Positions 1-12,710 are shown, counted from the first letter of the stretch. The stretch: DNA of 64,000 nucleotides from Octopus bimaculoides (GCF_001194135.2 NC_069002.1:36782057-36846056); one strand, 5' to 3'. Notes: generated by a model not told the origin, from the letters alone. Translations and numbers: made by a program.

Positions 1-1796
1 GTGTTCCAACTGTGACCATCCTTTAGCAGTTCGAATGACCAAGTAGATGTTTCCTTGCTGACTCGTTTGTGTTATTTATTCCCCCAAACAAAATCTTTTT
101 TTTTTAAGATGTTAGGATGTGATTTGGAGGAGATTTGGTTGTTATTTTTAGTGTACAAAGTGCCTTAGTTGTAGCTCCTTCGTTGGTTTGTCTATTATGT
201 TTGTTGCTCTTGGTCAGTCTTGATTGACCCCTAAGTGTTCAGATTTTTTTCTGTCAAATCTAATCCTTATTTATTCACATTGTTTTGAATTAATCATGCA
301 TTATCTTGTAGCTTTCAGATATCAGTGGTGTGATTATTTATTTTTAGACTGACATTGTAGGGTAGGTTGAAGAGGCTGGAGCTGGTTAGAATATTCTGGC
401 CACATGTGGCTGGTTTTAAATGCTAAAGGGTTAAGCAGATTGTTGAGACAGACTTTCTATGGTCTGGTTGCCTTCCCTGTTCCCAACCTTCATCTGATAT
501 TTATAAGGCTGGGAAGCAGACTTCTTACCACATAGCCATGTCTGAAAAAAATCATTGAGCTTTGTTGCTAGTTTAGGTTTTGGTGTTAAATTAGATTGTC
601 ATCTGGCTAAGGACCATTGCACACACTCTGACCTGCAATGGCAGAACATATTGCATCCTCTCCACTATCAAGTGTCTGTACTGCCATAGGTCTGATTGAG
701 CTGACCTATATTTTTAGGTATTCCAACGATGACCATCCATTTTTTTCCAGATATAGTTCATGTATTATTTTATTATCCAATGTGTCTTCCCTTATTTTTT
801 GAAGGGAATTTGACTGCTATTTCTAACAGACTGAGTGACCATGGACGAATAGGCTCTTGGTGTTTGAGAGTATTGAAAATGGTTATGGTGGTTCAGTTAG
901 GATTCAAAAGTTGCCATTGAAAGTTTGTGCTGTACCCCTCCCCTCTTTCTGTTTGTCTCTGTCTTCTCTATCTCTCTATCTCTCTCTCTCTCTCTCTCTC
1001 TCCCTCATAGTGTTGCATGTCTTTTTTATGACTTAAATGGGGAAGGAGGGGCAATAATCATGATCTTGGATTATTGGCTGATTTCACAGGTGCAGTCATG
1101 GCTGTGTGGTAAGAAGTTTGTTTCCCAACCACATGGTTCTAAGTTCAGTCCTATTGCATGGCACCTTGGGAAAGTGTCTTCTACTATGGCCTTGGGCCAA
1201 CCAAATCCTTGTGGGTGGATTTTGGTAGAAAGAAACTGAAAGAAATCTGTAGTATGTCTGTCTTTGTGTCTGTGTTTATCCCTCACTATCACTTGACAAC
1301 CGATGTTGGTGTATTTATGTCCCCATGACTTAACAGTTTGGCTAAAGAGACTGATAAAATAAGTACCAGACTTTAAAAAAAGAGTACTAGGGTCAATTCA
1401 GTCAACTAAAAATTCCTCGAGGTGGTGCCCCAGCAGGGCTGCAGTCTAATGACCGAAACAAATGAAAGAGAAAACATATTTTTTCAATTTTTACAATACG
1501 TTACAGTATAATTTTTAAGTTACTTAAATCATTAGTTCCCAGTCTGGAGTCTGCCACAACTATGATTTCACTTGGCTTGACAAGTCTTCGCAAGCACAGC
1601 ATATTGCCAGGTCTCAGTCACTTGTTAATTATCATCATCATCATCATCGTTGTTTAACATCTGCTTTCCATGCTGGCATGGCTTGAACGGTTTGACTGAG
1701 GACCGGAGAACCAGAAGGCTGCACCAGGCTCCAATCCGATCTGGCAATGTTTCTACAGCTGGATGCCCTTCCTAATACCAACCACTCCGAGAGGAG

Positions 1797-1831
<35 letters not shown>

Positions 1832-2580
1832 AAATGAACAACAAGCTTCTTTCAGTTTCCAGTTTCTTCCTACCAAATCCACTCACAATGCTTTGGTAGG
1901 CCTGAGGCTATAGAAAAACTCACGTGCCCAGGGTGTCACACAGTGGAACTGAACCTAGAATCATGTGGTTGGGATACGGGCTTCTTACCACACAGGCATG
2001 CCTGCACCCGACAGTCATAGGGAAAAATTCATTTCATCATATCGACATTTCTTCACTGGTTCCTAGTTGTAATGTTGCACCAGGTAACCTACTGGATAGC
2101 ATACCACCACAATACTTCTCTGAACAAAGAAACTTCAACCAGATGTAGGTACCATCATGTTCATTCCAACTACCCCTGTAATAAACACTTTCTATAGTCC
2201 TTCTACCCCAGAATTGCAGTCCTTTGAAGCACCCTCCTTTTGCATGCTTTCCCAACAAGCGTAAAATTGCAAAAATCCAAGTTGATAATCAATTACATCG
2301 ACCTGATCACTCTGATGTCACCTAAAAATGCTATTTTTCAACTAGAGATCTTAGTGAAATACTTAGAACAGACAGAACATCTAAGGATTGGCTCGTGAAG
2401 TTAAATAGGCCAACAGATTAGGTCTAAGCATTTAACAAGTAACAGGCAGTTGGAAGGCTTGCATTCACCCAAGGCCATGTTATCTACATCACACACACAC
2501 ACATGTATGTACATGTTTATGTATGTGTATGTATATCTATATAGATGTGTGCGTGTGTCACACAGACAGACATTCTCATC

Positions 2581-2626
<46 letters not shown>

Positions 2627-2793
2627 AATAACACGGAAAAAATAAATAAACAGTTACCAGTGTAGCTAAAATTCACACAAGAACCAAGGATGTAACAGCC
2701 TACTTATAAAGGTAGAAACTCCAGGTTTAGGTGAAATGTTTTGTATAATGTAGATAAATAAATAAATGGAGTTAAACACAAGTGTTATTCAAA

Positions 2794-2897
2794 TTCTTTT
2801 ACTTCCGACATATGTTTCAAAGACAAGGTTGGTATTATTCCAGAAGGAACAAAAATGGTGTAAAACAATGCAGTCTTCTCATCAGGGAAAGAAAGAA
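2794..2897 (-). ncRNA. Minimal type I hammerhead ribozyme (Penelope-like-element type), catalytic core intact
   Basis: The minus strand reads TTTCC-CTGATGA-GAAGAC-[48 nt]-GTCTTT-GAAA-C-ATAT-G-TC-GGAAG. Helix I is TTTCC/GGAAG (extendable), helix II is GAAGAC/GTCTTT, and helix III is AC/GT with the palindromic loop ATAT. GUC cleavage falls after C2807. Confidence 0.75.
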
Positions 2898-3330
2898 ACC
2901 AAACACATCAATAAGTCATTTTAACAGAATGTGATGACTGCATACATGATGAAGGGAACGCTATTGAGTTTTTTTTTTTTGAAAAATCGTTAGTAGATAT
3001 AACGTCAAAGGTAGTTTATTGAAAGAGGAGGAGGAGAAAGAAAGAAATTAGCAGAAAACTAATAGAGGAGAGATATGGAGCGATAGGTGAATTAGAATAA
3101 AGCTTAAAGACATGGAAGTAGATATATTTAGCGGAAGTGAAATGTAAGAAGACAGCGAAAGGTCGAATTTTATAGAATGGTAGAAATCACTTATAGGAAC
3201 TAAAAGTAGGTTTCTGCTAATGTTTGCAACGATAAACGTGTTCTATAAACGTGTTCACAAGAGGATTGTCTGAGAACAGGATGAAATACATTTCTGTTAA
3301 AATATCTTATTGATGTGTTTGGTTTCTTTC

Positions 3331-3418
3331 TTTCTTTGATGAGAAGATTGCATTGTTTTACACCATTTTATTCCTTCTGGAATAATATCAATGTTGTCTT
3401 TGAAACACATGTTGGGAG
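3331..3418 (+). ncRNA. Degenerate inverted copy of the same hammerhead
   Basis: TTTCT-TTGATGA-GAAGAT...GTCTTT-GAAAC-ACAT-GTT-GGGAG. It carries C3U and C17U changes and a non-palindromic loop. Confidence 0.6.
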
Positions 3419-3717
3419 TAAAAGAATTTGAATAACACCTGCATTTAACTCTATATTTATATATATATATATATACATACATATATATATATATATATAA
3501 GCCCGTCGTATATATGTGTGTGTGTGTCTGTGTTTGTCCTCCAACATTGCTTGACAAACGATGTTGGTGTGTTTACGTCCCCGTAACTTAGCGGTTCGGC
3601 AAAAGAGACCAATAGAATAAGTACTAGGCTCACAAAGAATAAGTCCTGGGGTCAATTTGCTCAACTAAAGCGGTGCCCTAGCATGGCCGCAGTCAAATGA
3701 CTGAAACAAGTAAAAGA

Positions 3718-3782
<65 letters not shown>

Positions 3783-4383
3783 TATATACATATATACACA
3801 CACACATACATACAAACACATAAATAGATAATGTGGGTGTGAATATGTGAATACGTATGCTCATCTATTTGTCTTATTTCTTCTGTCTCTGTCTTTCTCT
3901 TTGTGTGTGTGTGTGTGTGTGTTCACCTGCTTGCATGACATTGATACTGCAGTTGTCTGACTGTGGTGCTTAAGGTATGGCAACGATATACCAGAACACT
4001 CACTGAATGAGTTTTCACGGAAAGTTATCCAAAACTAAAATTGTTTTTAAGGGATTCTGCCACATTACTTAAATGGCTAATGTTGTTATGTGGGCTGAGT
4101 CATCACCATCTAATCAGCTAAACCACCAAACTAACTTTATACAGTTGGTTATGATTACCCCCCCCCCTCTCTCTCTCTGACTGCCTTACCATCATCCATC
4201 ACAGTAGTATAGTGTCCCTAATTCACTCTTACCCCTCCTGATAGTAAAATTGAAGAAATCATTATTACTAATGTGTAGTTGGCATTATGCAGTCAGTCAT
4301 TGCTTACCTCCTCATATTTCCAACTTCCTGGGGTTGGTAATGGAGGTGGGAAGGGCCAGTTGTTGTTTCTGCAGAAGCTATTC

Positions 4384-4401
4384 CTGCTGCTACTACTACT
4401 A

Positions 4402-4435
<34 letters not shown>

Positions 4436-4463
4436 ATTAACAGCTTTAACAATAATAATAATT
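4384..4463. repeat. Compound trinucleotide microsatellite (CTA)n(CTG)n...(AAT)n, representative of the many (TA)n, (CA)n, (CT)n and (TTA)n tracts in the window
   Basis: Directly visible. Long (TA)n at e.g. 3718-3795, 22045-22118, 37405-37468 and 53608-53676; (CT)n at the window end. Confidence 0.95.
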
Positions 4464-6912
4464 TCTCTATATTGGCTCCAGTTCAAATGTTTGTAGAGAA
4501 GGTGACCGTACTGCCCCAACTTTTTGGCTGGGGTAAGTATCTGAACCATTGTCAAGCACCGAAAGCCAGCATAATTGATAATCTTCTGGGGATACTTTGC
4601 ATATTGATGGGGCAATCTTATTTGGAAAACTTTCACCTTAGAGACTAAATGTCCACAACATAGAAGACATTCTAGTTAGAAAGCTTTCTAGTTTGAGATA
4701 AGCACTAAACTACTGACCTAGCATTATCATCAGTTAGAACTGTACAAGATATGAGCTGGCCTATAAACCATTCTGTATGCACTTATCCAAACATTGTTCC
4801 GTGTCCAAACATTGCTGACTTCCAAAGTTACGTGAAACAAATATTGTTAAATATAGGTACAGTGTAGCTGTGTGGTAAAAAGTTTGCTTCTCTACCACAT
4901 AGTTCTAGGTTCAAACTTACTGTGAAGCACCTTGAGCAAATGTCTTCTATTATAATTCTGGACGAACTAATGCTTTGTGAGTGGATTTGGTAGTTGCCAG
5001 TGCCGCTGGACTGGCTCCCGTGCAGGTGGCAAATAAAAAACACCTTTTTGAGCGTGGCCATTGCCAGTACCGTGTGACTAGCCCTCGTGCCGGTGGCACA
5101 TAAAAGCACCCACTACTCTCGGAGTGGTTGGCATTAGGAAGGACATCCAGCTGTAGAAACTCTGCCAGATCAAATTGGAGCCTGGTGCAGCCTTCTGGCT
5201 TGCCAGTCCTCAGTCAAATCGTCCAACCCATGCTAGCATGGAAAGCGGACGTTAAACAATGATGATGATGATGATTCTATTTATTTTCTTCCTTTTATAC
5301 TCCATATGATACTCCAGCTGTTTTTGTAAGTCATTCTTGTACCGTCCTCCATCCATTGTCCTTGTAACAATGAAAGAAATCTTTATGTTCTCCATGTCTG
5401 AAGTGATGAAAGCCAAAGTTGATCTCAAAATATAAAGGCTCACAGCCAAATAAGCAACCCTTACATTTGTAAGAAATGGATGCAATTGATTAAAGTATCA
5501 ACCAATTCTGAACGTGTTCTGTTTATTTTCTGACTTTATCAGTAAAGTGTAGCCTTCTTTCAGTAAAGAAAGCTTGCTAAATTAGTTGCCTCAAATGAAT
5601 CAGTAAACCAATATGCAATGTACTCTTAGATGCCATCTGTTTGAAAAACCAACGGTTAAGATATGTTAATATATATAACGTTGGGAGAATTAAATAATTC
5701 TAATCGGGGGTATAGAATCAGATTTCCAATAATACAGTGAGGATAAAAACAATATTAGACATTGACCAATGTTGTTCTAATTATGTTGATAGGTATGGGT
5801 GGCAACTTTAGATGTATTTCAGCTTTGTTAGACCTTCCAGTGCAGAATAGATTTTACTTGAATATTCCATTCCATATCATAAGTACTTATTTTATTGGCA
5901 GTGGAGTGAACAAGGGCTAGAATTAAAGCTTGGTAGAATTTGAATTCATAACTACTACAAGTGCAGATATGGTATAAGTGCAGGCATGGCTGTGTAGCTA
6001 TGAAGTTCTCTTTCCAACTACATGTCTTCGTGTTGTCTCATTGTATGGCACCTTGGGCAGGTGTCTTCTACTATAGCTCCAACTTGACCAAAGCCTTCTG
6101 AGTGGATTTGGCTGATGGAAACTGAAAGAAATCCATCCTACATGTATGTATATATGTGTATATTTGTCTTGACATAAATGAGTGTCACCATCATACAAGT
6201 AGTGTTTCTTGTTTCCAATCTTCCATGAAATGATGTTCAGCCATGAGTGAAGTATTACCTTGCTTGAAAACAGGTGACGATTGGCAACAGGAAGACCATC
6301 CATCTGTGGTAAATCTGCTTCAAAGAATTCTGTCTGACTCATGTAATCATGGAAAAGTGGACATTAAAATGATGATGATGAACTAGCATCTCTAGCAGCT
6401 CACTGCCTTTGCTCATAGAAATGGTCTTATATTGTTGTATTCATCATCATCATCATCGTTTAACGTCCACTTTCCATGCTGGCATGGGTTGGATGGTTTG
6501 ACTGAGGGCTGGCAAGCCAGATGGCTGCACTAGGCTCCAATCTGATCTGGCAGAGTTTCTACAGCTGGATGCCCTTCCTAATGCCAACCACTCCGAGAGT
6601 GTAGTGGGTGCTTTTACGTGCCACCGGTACAAGGGCCAGTCAGGTGGTACTGGCCACGGCCACGCTCAAATGGTGTTTTTTTATGTGCCACCTGCACGGG
6701 AGCCAGTCCATCAGCACTGGCTGAAGTTTATATAAGAAGATATGGTCATTTTTAAGATCTCTAATCAGTTGAATATTGGCATTCATTTAGTTGTTTAACC
6801 CCGTGATGATTCCCGAATTGACAAGGATCAGCCTCCCTCCCTACTCTAGATATTAGTGAAATTTATTTCCACTATCTGAATTCTCCTTTCTTCACCATTG
6901 TGTCGGACAGGT

Positions 6913-7127
6913 TTAACTCTTTAGCATTTAAACCAGCCATATCTGGCCAAAATATTCTGTCTTTTAGGCAAACTCGCCTCTTGTACCTTACCCTATAATG
7001 TCATTCTAAAACTAAACAATCACATCATTAAACTCTCAAAGCTACAAGACAAAGCATGATTGATTCAAAACAATATGAAGAAATAAATATTGTATTCGAC
7101 AGAGTAATCTGAATGCTAAAGGATTAA
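6913..7127. mobile_element. TTAA-type (piggyBac-like) MITE with TTAACCCTTTAGCATT termini
   Basis: TIR-bounded ~215-bp unit. Other copies at about 223-434, 29352-29578, 36986-37120 (internally deleted) and 48171-48390. Confidence 0.8.
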
Positions 7128-7151
7128 AAATGCAAAACCATCTTAATTTGA

Positions 7152-7348
7152 TTAACCGTTTTGATACCTATCTGCCTGAGACCACCCTTAATACTAACTT
7201 CCTTTGGAATGTCCTCTAGAACTAAACCTTCCAGAAAAATTTCAGGTTAATTTATGTTCCAGATACTAAAGTCCTCATTATTTTCAGGGTTAATTAAAAC
7301 GAAAACAGTGTATTTCAAAAGAAAACAGAGTAACAAAAAAAGGGTTAG
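7152..7348. mobile_element. Second TTAA-type MITE adjacent to the first
   Basis: The left end TTAACCGTTTTGATACC and the right end (reverse complement CTAACCCTTTTTTTGTTACTC) form imperfect TIRs. Confidence 0.5.
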
Positions 7349-8673
7349 GACACGACAATATACCCTTTGTTTTCAATCCTCACTGGACGGGAGTTCTCTC
7401 CTGGAAGTTCTGTCTTCACTTCCCACAAGAAACACTGGCTTAGCTCCACAGAGGTTCTGAGAAACTCCAGAGTTTGGTGAAAAGATTCCAGGGTTCCATA
7501 GGATAAGGTGTTTTCTTAGTAAAAGTTTATAAGATAAACACTGGCATCCTCCATGTGTGAAGACATGTGGCCTAGGGATAGGGTAATTTCGATTCCAGGA
7601 CAGGATGGTGTGTTGTGTTCTCGAGCAAAGCAATTCATTTCACGTTGCTCCTGTTGGTCACTCAGCTGTAAATAAGTAACCCTGCGACAGACTGGCGTTC
7701 CATTCAGGGAGAGTACTGTGATCTGACGAATCCTTGGACTCGAGACAGTAATGTCTAGGGGTCTTAGTTTACTTTGATGTAAGAAGCTTGGTTCCCAAGC
7801 TGTGTGTGTGTGTCGCCTTTTCCCTACACCACTTGACAACTGGTGTTGGTGTGTTTACGTCCCCGTCACTTTTAAAGGTTCGCCAAAGAGATTAATAGAA
7901 TAAGTACCAGACTTATAAGAAAAAAAGTACTTGGGTCGATTCATTCGACTAAAAATTCTTCAAGGCGGTGCCCCAGCATGGCCGCTGCCTAATAGTACAC
8001 AAAAAAGTTAAAAGATGTTCAAATCAATAGATTATTGTATGTTAGTTTTCTTATATGAATACTTTTTAAAACAATTTTGTTTCATTTGTCTTATTAAGAT
8101 TAGTGGCAGCGGTTTTGCCTATAAAATACTTTGGAAGATCGTAAAAAGATTCTGCGATAACCCCCCCCCCCCAAAAAAAAAACGTTTAGATTTCAATATA
8201 TGTAATATTGTCCATGTATGCCTGGGTCACCGTCGGTTCATCAACGGCGTGCGAAACTAAAGAGACCTGCTCTGACCTCTCACCCAATCTCAGGACTTTG
8301 ACCTGAGCCGATCCACTTTGAGAGATTGAATTGTCAGGTCTGTAACAATTTTAGACGGCCAAGAATCATCTCGGTTTGCTCGCTTATAACATGGATTATT
8401 CCATAGTCTATGTAAAAAAATGTTTCGAATTTACAGAGACGACCCAGTTCCATTAATAGAATAATACTTTAACTCGGCCAAACCTAATTTGACCAAAGGC
8501 TAAAGTGCAAGATAAAAACAAAATGAGGTANNNNNNNNNNNNNNNNNNNNNNNNNNNNNNNNNNNNNNNNNNNNNNNNNNNNNNNNNNNNNNNNNNNNNN
8601 NNNNNNNNNNNNNNNNNNNNNNNNNNNNNNNNNNNNNNNNNNNNNNNNNNNNNNNNNNNNNNNNNNNNNNNNN

Positions 8674-8722
<49 letters not shown>

Positions 8723-8999
8723 ATGTGTGTGTGTGCACATACACACGCAGGCGCGCACACATACGCATGTACATATACTTAGATGTATGTATATAGGTGT
8801 GTGTGTGTGTATGAGTTCTATCTTTAAACATGTAAATAAATAGATGGTCGCTGATGGATGGGGCTAATATCATCAAATAACTTGTCGCTGCTACTTAATG
8901 AGTGGCATAGAATATATGGAGTAATTTTTTCTTGGACAAGAAAACAATTATCTTTCTCTAGTTTAGGGAGATATTTTCTTAAGAAACAACGTAAACTCG

Positions 9000-9338
9000 T
9001 TTATCCGACATTTCGTAACGAGAATAGGAAAGAAAGAGACGACGAAGAAGAAGAACGAGGAACAATCCACGGACTCCGAGATAACAAAGATCCGGGCACT
9101 TAAGAGCGTGTGTGCGTATGTGTGTGACCTGCGCATGCGTACCTCTCACACTTACAAACGACAGTTTTCTGAGGGAGTAAACGATGGTGTCGGCTTAAAA
9201 GCGTCGCGAAAGTACCAAATGCAATCGTCAGCATCTTGGCTCAATTTGGGAAGAGGGAGGTCTGGCGGCTGCCTTAGTTGATACATTTGTCTGTTTTATT
9301 CTCCCTCTTAGAACTTTTGATGTACAGCCGCTGCCAAG
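9000..9338 (+). promoter_or_regulatory. CpG-rich promoter / non-coding first exon(s) of the CK1 gene
   Basis: About 21 CpG counted in 9001-9300 versus about 2 in 30301-30600. NRF1-like TGCGCATGCGTA at 9130-9141. Donor CAAG|GTACGC at 9338/9339 would join to the ATG exon as CCAAG|ATGG. A strong acceptor (TTTTATTCTCCCTCTTAG) at 9311 could define a 27-nt UTR exon 9312-9338. Confidence 0.65.
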
Positions 9339-9479
9339 GTACGCTGTAGAAAAAAAAAATTAACAAAAAACAACAACAAAAACCCAGCATACATGCAACC
9401 ACACACACACACAATAGTATTTTATGTATGTCTGTCTTATTCATCATTGATTTTCCAGTTAACTTCATTCTGTTTAGAC

Positions 9480-9518
<39 letters not shown>

Positions 9519-9722
9519 ATATATATGTGTGTATATATGTATATATATATGTAGATATATGTATATATATAGTTGTACAATCAATCGAAAAAGAAAGTAA
9601 TATACATCTCTAACATTTATGTCATCGACTCCAGTGTCTTTTCTTTCTCGATCCACTTCCGTTGTTTTGTTCTTTTAGTACTAAACTTACCATTTCTTTG
9701 CGTATGTATCTGTATGTATGTC

Positions 9723-9754
<32 letters not shown>

Positions 9755-10607
9755 ATACTACGTATATATGCACACACGTTCTTCCTGTTAAAAATCTTAT
9801 ATTTTATTATTGTTGGCCGTCTCTCATCTATTCAAAGAAAGTGATTAACCAAAGTAACATGTTATGTTGGCGTGTGTGTGTGTGTATATATCTATAGATA
9901 TACACGCACACCATACAAATCCATTTCACATTTACATTTGTTTATTTTTTTTTTATACATTTATTCACATTTATTTAAAAATACTTGAGATAGGCACAGT
10001 TCATTTCTTCTAGACTTGTATTGAAACATTCTTGGCCAACATTGATGGAGAGGCAAATGTAGATACTCGAGTCTTTAAATACAATATTAAAATGTATCTT
10101 CTTGTATTCATGTTTGTAATAGATGACATTTATGCTCGTAATATAAAATCGAAGATTATCATCTCCGTTGCTTTTGTGCGTTCGTTTAGGCGATAGGTAA
10201 TGTGTGTGTGTGTGTATGTATGTATATATATATGAGAGAGAGATAGGATATATACACACATATGTATGTGTGAGAGCCCTTGTACCATGTTTATAACTTT
10301 ATATATATATATATATATGTAGTAAGTTACGTAAGCTTGCCTACAATAATAATGTTTAGTAACGTATTGTAGACGTTTCTGTTTGTTACAAGAGATTTTA
10401 TATTAAGTCAAATCATTTTATATTCTCCCTAAACCAGCTGGAAAACCCATTGACTTATTTATAATCCCCTCTGTCTATCTCACTCACTCTAATTAGCCCG
10501 TAAACGACCTGTAATAATAAATATTTTAAGTGATTCTTCATGAATTTTAAAGAAAATCTTTTTGTTTTTTTGTCTCTTATATTTCCCCTGTTTATTCTTT
10601 ATTGCAG

Positions 10608-10683
10608 ATGGAGCTCAGAGTTGGTAATAAATACCGTCTTGGTCGAAAGATAGGCAGTGGCTCTTTCGGAGATATATATTTAG
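10608..10683 (+). CDS. CSNK1D: Casein kinase 1 delta/epsilon, coding exon 1 ([26 protein letters not shown]; glycine-rich loop)
   Basis: The polypyrimidine tract and TTGCAG acceptor lie immediately before the ATG at 10608. The 76-nt exon translates to the classic CK1 delta/epsilon N-terminus with GSGSFG. Donor G|GTAAGT at 10684. Delta versus epsilon cannot be separated (likely a single invertebrate orthologue). Confidence 0.98.
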
Positions 10684-12678
10684 GTAAGTATATATAATAG
10701 AACACTGATTGATATGCATACATTACACGTTATACGCGCGCATACATACATATATATATATATATAACGTAATAGATATGATAGTACACGCATGTTATTG
10801 TCCAGCCCTGGGTCAATTTTGATAACGTTTTTATTCTAAATTTAGAATATCCAGTTGAAAAATTTTTTTTTCTCTGACGATATATCGATACCGAAAAAAA
10901 ATAATCTACTCTTCCCACTCCCCACGGACTTAACGAAACTCAATGTGTCCTTCACTTATTGAAGACGATAGGTTGTGATTTGAGAGAGATTTGGCTGTTA
11001 TAAATGTCGAGCGATCATGTGTAGGCTTCCTTGTTAACAGATTTGTTATAGGAGCAACGAAGTGTTGGTGTTTTGGTTACGTCCCCTTAAATTTCAGGTT
11101 CGAATCCAGGTCGACTTTTCCATTCAGCTTTTCCGATCGCAATAAAAGGACAAGCCACCCGATCCCATTAAAATATTCTGCCCCACCCAGCGTGGCTACA
11201 AGCAAGTAAACACATTATACAAACAATACACACACGCATGTCTGTATAATAATTTATTAAAATTCGTAAAACAAGATACAAGAAAAAGTGGGGTTTTTTT
11301 GAGGTTTCAGAATGCAAGAGGACATTTCCCCGTTCCCTAATGAAATAAATAGAAATTTAATATATTTAGTTCTCGGAGTGGATTTGCGAGTTATAGATTC
11401 TCGCCTCCAGTCAACCACTTAATTTATATCACCTGTGATTTTTTCTTTCTTTCTGTGAGTGGTGGGGGATAGATTTCTGTTCAGCTACATTTAGAGGGGG
11501 AAACACCTTCGTGAGAACGGGTCAGTGAAATACACTAATAGCAATAATACTCTGCACACCTCATTATTATGTTACCTGTCTGTCAGACTTCGTGCTTGTG
11601 TAGGAAATTAGTAATTAATTCATCCACGCATTGTTCATCAAGAATATTATAATAGTTCTTGATAACAAAATTGTTGTTGATAGCAGAAAATGCCTTATGT
11701 GTGTATAAGTCTTTTTAGAAATAATGTATATGTATATATTTTATATATTAAAAAGAAAATAGTTTTTTTGTTAAAACATTGAAAAGAGGCCAATTCTTTC
11801 ATTCACACACACGCAAGTATCTGATGTACTTATACATACCATTGTAGATAATGTACATACGTACACAAATATAGTGTTATACACATACGTTCGTAATGTA
11901 CAGATGCGTATATAATGCAAATTATGGGATACAATGGCATGATCTCCACAACATAATCATCTTTTCACTTCAAACCTATGTAAAGTGAGGTAGAGAGGGG
12001 AAAGGCGATACAAAGTTTAAATTGGATATTAGCATTATGTGTAGATCGGGCGGGGATTAATTCTCGAATTCCACCCCCAGGGTGTGTTGGATGATTATGA
12101 AACAGGGTGCAAGAGTAAAGGGTTCTCCCATTTCCTTTAAAAGAACTTGCTCTTCTGCTTTCTTAGATTTACAGTTTCTTTTCTCTCCTCAATCGCATGG
12201 CTTCAAATTTTGGCACAAGCCAACAATTTCGTGGGAGTGGATAAGTCGGTTACATCGACTCCAGTGTTCAACTGGTACTTATTTTATCGACCTCGAAAAG
12301 ATGAAAAGCAGAGTTGACAATAATAGTGATGGTTTCTTGCGTTTTTGAAGTTCTAGTAGCAGGAAGTAAATGGAAAAACCTAATCTACGGCGGTAAGGTG
12401 AGGTGAGGTGAGGGTTGGTTGGTGACGATGTGAGAGAGAGAGAGGTTGATTAGAAATTGCCGATTACGAAGTCGGTGATCAGTTTCACCACAGGAATATT
12501 GAGGGGGATTCAGTGTTTCTCATTTTGTGTATGTTTTCTGTCCTGAATCAGGCAAAAACTGTTGGTTTACTGTGAGACATTGAAGCACTTGCCACAATAA
12601 ACCTTTACGACTATATTGAGTTCTCCTTTTTTTAGTCGTAACAAACACACACACACACATGTGTTAGTGTATGTTGTA

Positions 12679-12710
<32 letters not shown>

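Larger units (their letters stand above)
2769..3451. mobile_element. Inverted-repeat unit (163-nt arms 2769-2931 and 3289-3451, ~90% identical), probable Penelope-like pseudo-LTR remnants
   Basis: The arms align by hand with about 17 differences. Each arm carries the hammerhead motif. The unit lies between (TA)n tracts. Confidence 0.65.

Noticed and set aside
1921-1926. CACGTG E-boxes (also near 35701) as circadian elements
   Set aside because: They lie inside SINE copies, far from the promoter.
4670-4740. Minus-strand CTGATGA...GAAA with the palindrome TAGAAAGCTTTCTA
   Set aside because: No helix I pairing consistent with a hammerhead.
5190-5215. CTGAGGA followed by a small stem-loop in the RTE-tail repeat
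   Set aside because: Not followed by GAAA; it is the LINE 3' recognition stem-loop.
7722-7765. CTGACGA...GAGAC...GTC
   Set aside because: GAAA is absent and helix I does not pair.
8858-9103. 81-aa ORF in the promoter region as a possible CK1 N-terminal extension
   Set aside because: It ends in TAA well before the 9338 donor and has no homology.
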